DNA of 64,000 nucleotides from an uncultured virus (IMG/VR IMGVR_UViG_3300029955_000003). Its lineage: Duplodnaviria; Heunggongvirae; Uroviricota; Caudoviricetes. This document shows positions 57,191-64,000 of the stretch, piece after piece (within the stretch, counting starts at the first letter, position 1; each line of letters opens with the position of its first letter). The translations under genes and the position numbers were made by a program. A model generated the notes under the pieces. That model had not been told where the DNA came from. It worked only from the letters and a program-made list of their open reading frames with translations, and did no database searches. Location of the stretch: IMG/VR virus record IMGVR_UViG_3300029955_000003. One strand, 5' to 3'.

Positions 57191-59386
57191 ATGGCTACTA
57201 CCTTATTTCAATATAAAACGGCAGCGTCTAGAGCTTCTTCCTCCGCACCATCGGATATCATTGGTGGTTTCGGGGGCGGAACCCATGTGCGTAATGATTT
57301 GTATACATTCAATTCATTAGTGCAAGTCATTACCGACCAATATTTTGGTAATAATGGAAGCATTCCTATAAATGAATTTGACACGACTACTCAAAAATCA
57401 TTTACTATCAATGCGGTAAATCCCTTTGTTCATCCAGAAACTACCCTCTTTAATGAAGAAACGATCATCAAGGAAGCGAACGAATTACCTGATGACTCTG
57501 TTAAAAGAATTAATATTACTACGCCTAGTATCGCAAATTTAGTAGAGTTGCAACCGGGACAAACCTTGGAAGATTTTATTAATGGATATATGACGCAAGA
57601 TGATTACGACGCTTCTATACAAGCTAAAGTAAAATCATTTGATACGTTTTATAAAAAAAATACATTTTTAGCGACGGACTATAACTTTCTTGAAGATGAA
57701 TCATTTTCATTTTGGCAAGGATTAGATTATATTACACCTGATACCAATCTAAATGAACCAGCTAGATATGTCCGGGTGAGAGATATTTCCAGAAAAGAAT
57801 TTATCTTCCCTTCACAATATCAGATCGAGCCTGAATTAATACAAATGATTGAGTATTATGACACGCTGCTTTATAGTCCAATGTTTGACTATCTTGGAAG
57901 ACCTATCGTTGGATATGGTCATATTATCCAATTGGGCGACGTGCTTGACGGGACAACAGTGACTCCTGATATTATGAAGATATTAATGGACACTACTACT
58001 AATCAATATGAAATGATTTATCTCGATCATGATGAAGCAGAGGCAATTTTAATAACCGAGCTTCAAACATTGTTGACACAGATAGCACCTTACCTTGGTA
58101 ATAAACTAGTACTACCGGGAATGATGCGCGCGTTATTGTCATTAGTGCGAAATGTTGGGTTTGACAATTTTCTCAGAACAATCGAGGGCAGACGTATATT
58201 AGCAGCGATCAGATTTAATTATATGGAATATTTCATTGATAACTGGACTGCCTTTAACAACCCTTATGGTGGGCAGGATTTTGTTACCAATGTTAATTCA
58301 TCATTAATTCCGGGTACTGTTACATTCAATAACAATGCTGATAATCCAAATCCGGCACCTAATCCAACAACAGCTAACCTAAAATTTATCCCATTTTCGT
58401 TATATAATACAGCTTCATTAGTAACTGCGATGCCATCTTTACCTTCTAGTTTGGCAGACCCGACTCCTATAGCTACGCAAACACCAACATTAGTTCCTCC
58501 ACCCACATCAGTTAATGGAGATGCTACTGCTTCCGCCGCGCTTAGCCCGAACCCGATCAATCCTTATACCCCAGATCAAGCCGCACAAACCGTTGGACCA
58601 AATCCCAATGCTTTCGATAATAAACCGGTTGATCCAAACGCATATAAGTGTTTTTTACCTAGCCCTCAGGATAATTTAGGTCTTCGCCGTAGTGCTGAAA
58701 CATCTGCGGCTGCATCTGCGCCGGATAGCTCAACACAAGCAGCGGGTGATTCTACGGTCCAAACACAGACAAATGCTCCCGCGAGCGCTAATACTGACGC
58801 CTTAGTGGGACCAACCAACACAGTGAATACTAATCCCACCACTCAGGCGAACGCACAGGTTGCCGCAATTGCTCTGCTGAATAACCCAGTAAGTCCAGCT
58901 AATATCCCAACATTAAATACCGCTCAAGCGGCTGGTATTTTAGGAGTTGAACAAGGCGAGAGTCCCGGCGTAAACCCAACAACTTTCGGCGGCTATAATA
59001 ACAGTATGTATGGTATTATGCAATTCAGTCCAGCAAACCAACAACAGTTAGCGGCATTCGCTAATGATCCTGTATACAATACAACAGGAAGTAATAACAT
59101 TGCTGATCCAAATGTACAAACACAATTTGCTTTGACTCAATCAGTTGCCGGTAATCCTTATACTGATTCGCTAGCAGCGTCTAGATTAGCTAATACTGGA
59201 TTTTGGTCAATGACCGATCCCGTACAAGCGTCGTATGCGTGGAACTATGCGTATGAAAGAAATAACAGTGTTGCATACAGTAATGGTAGTTTTGTCGCAG
59301 GATCATTGCAGAACTACAGCGGGGCATACGCTACTAAAACAGCTAATAATGCAGAGAATTATTATAGTATATTAGGAGGTCAATAA
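57191..59386 (+). CDS. Tail-associated protein with GH24-lysozyme-like and phage tail lysozyme-like domains
   Basis: 'MFDYLGRPIVGYGH...EAEAIL...ALLSLVRNVG' and C-terminal 'AAGILG...GES.....YGIMQF...QTQF...YER'. Confidence 0.6.
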   Translation: MATTLFQYKTAASRASSSAPSDIIGGFGGGTHVRNDLYTFNSLVQVITDQYFGNNGSIPINEFDTTTQKSFTINAVNPFVHPETTLFNEETIIKEANELPDDSVKRINITTPSIANLVELQPGQTLEDFINGYMTQDDYDASIQAKVKSFDTFYKKNTFLATDYNFLEDESFSFWQGLDYITPDTNLNEPARYVRVRDISRKEFIFPSQYQIEPELIQMIEYYDTLLYSPMFDYLGRPIVGYGHIIQLGDVLDGTTVTPDIMKILMDTTTNQYEMIYLDHDEAEAILITELQTLLTQIAPYLGNKLVLPGMMRALLSLVRNVGFDNFLRTIEGRRILAAIRFNYMEYFIDNWTAFNNPYGGQDFVTNVNSSLIPGTVTFNNNADNPNPAPNPTTANLKFIPFSLYNTASLVTAMPSLPSSLADPTPIATQTPTLVPPPTSVNGDATASAALSPNPINPYTPDQAAQTVGPNPNAFDNKPVDPNAYKCFLPSPQDNLGLRRSAETSAAASAPDSSTQAAGDSTVQTQTNAPASANTDALVGPTNTVNTNPTTQANAQVAAIALLNNPVSPANIPTLNTAQAAGILGVEQGESPGVNPTTFGGYNNSMYGIMQFSPANQQQLAAFANDPVYNTTGSNNIADPNVQTQFALTQSVAGNPYTDSLAASRLANTGFWSMTDPVQASYAWNYAYERNNSVAYSNGSFVAGSLQNYSGAYATKTANNAENYYSILGGQ

Positions 59387-60132
59387 TGGTAATTTCAATT
59401 CAAGGTACTGCATTTGACAACACAGTCATATCCAATACCGCTATAAGTCAAAAATTTACTGCCTCCGATGGAAAACAATATATTAATATCATTCAAACAG
59501 ATACTGTTCATCCAGATTTAATTTCTATTAAACGTAATAATAATGCAACATATAATATAACATCAACTGGTACTTTATATGATCGGATATTGGCTTCTAG
59601 ATATAATGCGGCATTAAATGCTGTCGCCAAATATAATGCAGAATTTGGCACCTCACCAAAACTTTCGGCTATAGACTTAGTGAGATTTTCATTGATGGAA
59701 AGTGGCAACAATACTAATGTTATGAGCATCAATGGTGGTAAAGGAGATTATCAATTAACAGATGAACAGTTAGAACAAATTTTCAACATCACTGGACTTA
59801 ATATCGATCCATGGGATTCATTACAATCGGCATGGGGTGTTCTTATATTACTAGATGATGTCGCAAAATATTTGGATATGACCGCACTGACATCCGCAAA
59901 TTATACTATGAAAAATTCAGATTGGTATATGGGATACAACATAGGAGCTAGTAATCTCTGGATAGTTTTAAGTAATGTGATATCAAATTCCGCCACCGTG
60001 GTATCTACCAGTATTTTAAATTCTGGTGATGCGTTAGCGCTCGTTGCAAATAATACAAATGCTACCTATCCGGTGTTACAACAATCTTACAATGCATATT
60101 TCAATTATTCCGTTGGTTCTGATTTACTGTAA
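59386..60132 (+). CDS. Lytic transglycosylase (SLT-like) domain protein
   Basis: 'MESGNN...GKGDYQL...DPWD...MGYNIG' matches SLT motifs I-III. Confidence 0.6.
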   Translation: MVISIQGTAFDNTVISNTAISQKFTASDGKQYINIIQTDTVHPDLISIKRNNNATYNITSTGTLYDRILASRYNAALNAVAKYNAEFGTSPKLSAIDLVRFSLMESGNNTNVMSINGGKGDYQLTDEQLEQIFNITGLNIDPWDSLQSAWGVLILLDDVAKYLDMTALTSANYTMKNSDWYMGYNIGASNLWIVLSNVISNSATVVSTSILNSGDALALVANNTNATYPVLQQSYNAYFNYSVGSDLL

Positions 60133-60140
60133 ATAATAAT

Positions 60141-60581
60141 ATGAAAACCGATTTATCATTCGAACTGGAATTAAAACTTTTAAGAAAGAGGGCTGGTATT
60201 GTTGAAGCTGTTGATATGCCAGTAGTAATTCAAGATATTTTTTCAACCATTGCCAAAAGTCCAGTTCAAATTGAACTCCGTCAACGTTATAAAAATCAAG
60301 TATCTCATGCAAACGCACAGATATTAAATAAGATGGTGACCACTAATGGTGGACAAGAACAAGGTTTCAAAGCCGGTAATGTTACCATATACTTAATCAG
60401 TAATCCTAATAATACATTTTATGCAAAAGTAGTAAATGATAATAAAGAAGTACGAGAAATTCCATTAACCACGGTATCTAATAATAAAGTTATTGGTATT
60501 TCTCCCCAAGGAATGGGTACAGTTATTGTAGATTTAAATTTACATTCAATTATATACATTCCATTACATAACTTAAAATAA
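60141..60581 (+). CDS. Hypothetical late protein
   Basis: 146 aa ORF after TAAATA; 'LRKRAGI' motif. Confidence 0.55.
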   Translation: MKTDLSFELELKLLRKRAGIVEAVDMPVVIQDIFSTIAKSPVQIELRQRYKNQVSHANAQILNKMVTTNGGQEQGFKAGNVTIYLISNPNNTFYAKVVNDNKEVREIPLTTVSNNKVIGISPQGMGTVIVDLNLHSIIYIPLHNLK

Positions 60582-60615
60582 AAAGGGGGGGCGGTTTTAA
60601 CCGCCCCCCCTTTTT
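60580..60615. terminator. Bidirectional terminator
   Basis: aaaagggggggcggtt/aaccgcccccccttttt between convergent genes. Confidence 0.85.
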
Positions 60616-60617
60616 CA

Positions 60618-61316
60618 TTACTTAGACAATGCAGAGGTATCAACCTTCGCGTCTTGATAGATAGTATCAGATGCGTAAGCAGCAGTCGCACTAAATGACT
60701 TAGCATGTGTTGATTCCGATCTAAAACTGTTCGATGCCGTGGCGACAGCGGCAAAAGTTTCATTCATATTAGAAGTGGCATAGTTCACGGTATTAGCCGC
60801 AGACATACCGAGTAAGCTGCCAATCTGCCAACTATCCTGATTTGCGCCAAGATAAGTGAACGTCCAACCCTCAGTCTCAACTTCCTTAATAATACCTTTA
60901 ACGGTATTAGCGTCGAACTTCTTAGAACCATTTTCCTCACCGTCTGTAATAATAACATATAAAACATTTGGCTTAGTAGGATGATTCTTAACTGCTTCTC
61001 TTAATTCATAGATATCAGTCGCAAGAGCGTCATACAAAGGAGTGTTGCCGCGCGGGGCATAGTTTGTCTTATCAAGATAGATGGTATCTCCTAATGCGGT
61101 CAAGAACACGTGTTGTAATTCCGCAGTAGAACCCCAAGCAGGGGCATCAAACAACGTAAGCCCAACATAAGTCACGCCACTCTGTTCACTCTTGAGCTTA
61201 TCGATAAATGTGTTAAATCCACCGATGGTTCCTTCAAGAACACTATTCATAGAATATGATCTATCTAGCAAAACTTTCACGATGGTATCAATATGTGTTT
61301 CTGGTAATTTTAACAT
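60618..61316 (-). CDS. VWA domain protein
   Basis: 'LLDRSYSM' MIDAS, 'PRGNTPLYDA', 'IITDGEENGS', 'YLGANQD'. Confidence 0.85.
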   Translation of the reverse strand: MLKLPETHIDTIVKVLLDRSYSMNSVLEGTIGGFNTFIDKLKSEQSGVTYVGLTLFDAPAWGSTAELQHVFLTALGDTIYLDKTNYAPRGNTPLYDALATDIYELREAVKNHPTKPNVLYVIITDGEENGSKKFDANTVKGIIKEVETEGWTFTYLGANQDSWQIGSLLGMSAANTVNYATSNMNETFAAVATASNSFRSESTHAKSFSATAAYASDTIYQDAKVDTSALSK

Positions 61317-61334
61317 TTCTTTTCTCCTGATTTC

Positions 61335-62273
61335 TTATCTTTTCCAGCCTTTAGGAGGCTTGCATCCTATATTTCCTAATTCCGGTGACGCCGGAAATGC
61401 GCTCCGTTGAGTGTTTGTCTGATTAGATCGGAACATTTCAACCGGGACCCCGCGCGCTTTTAATCCCTGCATGGTGTCATATTCAATAATAAGAATATCA
61501 TCAGGAGTATTAGGATTTTTCTTAATGAATTCTACTTTTTTTGTTTTAAAATCAGTAGCTTCGCCAAAGCCAGTTCCGACTTGAGCGGAGGTTGCCGAAG
61601 CTGTAGGTATCAATCTAGCATTATTAGAGCTATAGCTACTATTAAATGGTGTAGCTGAGGCATTTAAAAATAATGGACCATTGGTGTTGATAGTAAGGTT
61701 ATCATCAGTTGCTAAATTTATAGAGTTGCCCATAGCATGACATATACCAAATGATTGTGGAGGAACATATCCAGTTGAGTTGGGATTGGGGGACCAATGT
61801 TTTACTTCTACCGGTGCCTTATAATTGATCTTATTTTTAACCGCGTTCCAATCGAATTGTTCCTTTTCCTCAAAAATGAGGAAAAGGATTAGTCCCTGAT
61901 TAGCACTATCAACATCAACACCGTCTGATTTTAATGTTTCGACATAAGTTGAATTAGACTTATCCCCAACAGGGCGGAATTCAAACTTTGCCGCCGTTTT
62001 ATTATCAACTTTCCATCCCGGAACAGTCAAATGTCCCCAAGGGTCAACGACAAATCCGGGTGACCCAGCGCCCGCTAATTTACCATTTAACACGCTAAGA
62101 CCATCTACCGATGGTATAACCATAATTTTTTTGGATGAGTTGTTTCGGAAGAATAATTCATATTCTGAATTCTTTCTCCCTTCTATGTAGGTGCGTCCAT
62201 TATACGAAACTTCCGTAGTAGGCGAGTCATTGACGCGCACGGAAGCTTCAAAGAAGCTAGTCTTTGAAAACAT
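61335..62273 (-). CDS. Conserved hypothetical protein co-transcribed with the VWA gene
   Basis: 'YIEG...EYEL...N...VDGLSV.NG...GF.V' and 'GTGFG' motifs. Start moved to ATG 62273 (AAGGA SD). Confidence 0.6.
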   Translation of the reverse strand: MFSKTSFFEASVRVNDSPTTEVSYNGRTYIEGRKNSEYELFFRNNSSKKIMVIPSVDGLSVLNGKLAGAGSPGFVVDPWGHLTVPGWKVDNKTAAKFEFRPVGDKSNSTYVETLKSDGVDVDSANQGLILFLIFEEKEQFDWNAVKNKINYKAPVEVKHWSPNPNSTGYVPPQSFGICHAMGNSINLATDDNLTINTNGPLFLNASATPFNSSYSSNNARLIPTASATSAQVGTGFGEATDFKTKKVEFIKKNPNTPDDILIIEYDTMQGLKARGVPVEMFRSNQTNTQRSAFPASPELGNIGCKPPKGWKR

Positions 62274-62356
62274 AACTTTTCCTTTTTCTGTCATAGGGCT
62301 TAAAGATTCTCACTTTGACTCGTGAGCAATTACACTGCATATAACCTAAAAGGTAT

Positions 62357-62890
62357 TTATTCCGCCGTGGGGGCTTTTTCAATAGGTTTTGATAAAATAT
62401 CTAGTCTGTGTTTCATACCGTCACGTAAGGTGAGTTTGAAAACCACATATGATAAAATAAACGCAGTTAACATTATCATATAAAAATAATAACCGTGTGT
62501 ATATGCTATAATTCCAAGAACTATAGAAACAAACATTTCAAGATCAAAAATTCTTTCTAGCCCGATACTATTAGTATTAAACAAAGCGAAATCTAATATC
62601 TTTAATTTGTCTGCTTCATCTTTTATTTTACCATACCGTTCAGGACTAACATACTTTGTGGCGAATATATTCATAGCCACTATTAATGTCATATAAAAAG
62701 ATGCTACATAAAGAGCAATTGCCGGATTCCATCCAATTAACAACAGTCCACCAATGATCATTGATGTGACTTTTAAGAAATGTTTGTTTATGAATGATGG
62801 TCGTATCAATGTGCTTTCATATATCGGTTTAATATGTGCTTTTTGATCAGTAGACAACGTAACTTTTAAAAGTTTCTCAATTTTTTCCAA
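62357..62890 (-). CDS. Hypothetical membrane protein
   Basis: About four hydrophobic segments; TTG start with an AGGAG SD. Confidence 0.6.
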   Translation of the reverse strand: MEKIEKLLKVTLSTDQKAHIKPIYESTLIRPSFINKHFLKVTSMIIGGLLLIGWNPAIALYVASFYMTLIVAMNIFATKYVSPERYGKIKDEADKLKILDFALFNTNSIGLERIFDLEMFVSIVLGIIAYTHGYYFYMIMLTAFILSYVVFKLTLRDGMKHRLDILSKPIEKAPTAE

Positions 62891-62931
62891 ACAAATAACT
62901 CCTATTAAATTATATAGTACTCAACTACAAC

Positions 62932-63174
62932 TCACGCAACATTCTTTTTTAAATTATTCCAGTCATTTTCCCACATAACAACAAGATTGTATCCTGCTTC
63001 ACGGATAACCTTTTCTTCCGCTGTGGTTTTTGTGTATAATTCGTTGAAAGATTTTTTAATATGTTTATTACAATCATCAGGGTCAAAAACAGCCGGGTTT
63101 CCGTGCCAATAATCACCATGAATATCAATAAATTTATTAATAACTTCTTCTAATGTCATTCTGATTGGCATCAT
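62932..63174 (-). pseudogene. Internally deleted homing-endonuclease remnant
   Basis: Repeat-like start 'EEVINKFIDIHGD' joined directly to the Vsr-like end 'YWHGNP...GYNLVVMWENDW'. Confidence 0.5.
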
Positions 63175-63213
63175 ATTTATTTATTACTAAATAATATAAA
63201 AGGTAGTTAATAA

Positions 63214-63582
63214 ATGTATAAAGTACAGAGTTATAAAGTGGGAGATACTTTATTTGAAGCCTGTGGCCCGCAGACGGGTCAGAATTTCAATGCGTTCAAT
63301 ATAACTCCGAGTCCGACTCCATATATTAGAGTGGCAAATGATAGCACTGCAACCGTTCAACTATGGCAAGGACAGGCAAAATTAATAACATCTGATACCA
63401 GTGGTACGAATTTAATCAATATAGATTATAGTGTTCCTGATGCTGGTTGGACTTTAGTTACAACTTTTGCTCCGGGACAAACCGACTTCGCATGTCCTTA
63501 TTTTACTGCACAAAATCATCTAAAATTTACACTCAGTGTAGCTGGATATGGCTTTTTCTTTGCTCGTTTAGATTATAAATAA
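63214..63582 (+). CDS. Hypothetical late protein
   Basis: 122 aa ORF after TAAATA with an AAGGT SD. Confidence 0.55.
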   Translation: MYKVQSYKVGDTLFEACGPQTGQNFNAFNITPSPTPYIRVANDSTATVQLWQGQAKLITSDTSGTNLINIDYSVPDAGWTLVTTFAPGQTDFACPYFTAQNHLKFTLSVAGYGFFFARLDYK

Positions 63583-63959
63583 TTTTTATTAAATTTTCTA
63601 CCCATACGCTTTTTGTATGAAGCAGAAACAATTCTTAAATTATTTTCGACATGCAATCCCGAAAACCTACGGTGGGCAATCGGATAAATGTGAATTACCA
63701 CAAATTCAATATTATGACGGGCAGTTTCAAAAACTGCCTGTTGATAAATTTTTCTAATTTTTCCTCTATCTGCCCATGACGGAGTGGCGCGTTTTAATAA
63801 CTTTCGCTTTCTGGCGTCCCGCTCAAACCATATTTCATCCGAATCTCCCAACATTACGACTATATCGGCTGTGTTAATAGTCCGGTACTTACGCATATAA
63901 TGCATACGTTTGGAGGGATTTTTTTCCCTCCATCTTTTAGATTTCTCTGATTCTGTCAT
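63573..63959 (-). CDS. HNH-like protein, possibly degenerate
   Basis: 'ATPSWAD...IY...VIHIYPI.....GLHVENNLRIV'; the usual VDH appears as VIH. Confidence 0.55.
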   Translation of the reverse strand: MTESEKSKRWREKNPSKRMHYMRKYRTINTADIVVMLGDSDEIWFERDARKRKLLKRATPSWADRGKIRKIYQQAVFETARHNIEFVVIHIYPIAHRRFSGLHVENNLRIVSASYKKRMGRKFNKNYL

Positions 63960-64000
63960 AATTTTCTCGGTCGGTTACGCAACATCAAAGATTATTTATT

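Overview
A 64 kb segment of an AT-rich, T4-related jumbo myophage. The RpoH-like sigma factor and the HNH family suggest an alphaproteobacterial host (inference). From left to right the window holds: (1) six modular tail-fibre/decoration genes (63-9931); (2) seven minus-strand tRNAs, several with non-canonical structure, interspersed with a Pth2-like peptidyl-tRNA hydrolase, small ORFs and an HNH nuclease; (3) a homing-endonuclease-like gene; (4) a visibly GC-richer cassette (17012-20883) encoding an apparently complete ubiquitin-like conjugation pathway, E2-like + JAB/JAMM protease + ThiF/E1 + small Ubl ending ...ITG-NL, with three tandem sigma70 promoters and a structured RNA leader; (5) HNH, PAAR-like, VWA/metallopeptidase + MoxR ATPase and Pnkp-like genes; (6) tail and baseplate genes, including 2766 aa and 1477 aa proteins and gp25; (7) RpoH-like and gp55-like sigma factors around gp46/gp47 (SbcC/SbcD); (8) a baseplate hub/spike block with about five different peptidoglycan-hydrolase-like domains; (9) VWA and accessory genes. 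The phage-encoded ubiquitin-like system is the best candidate for a new system. All calls come from motif recognition by eye; no searches were run.
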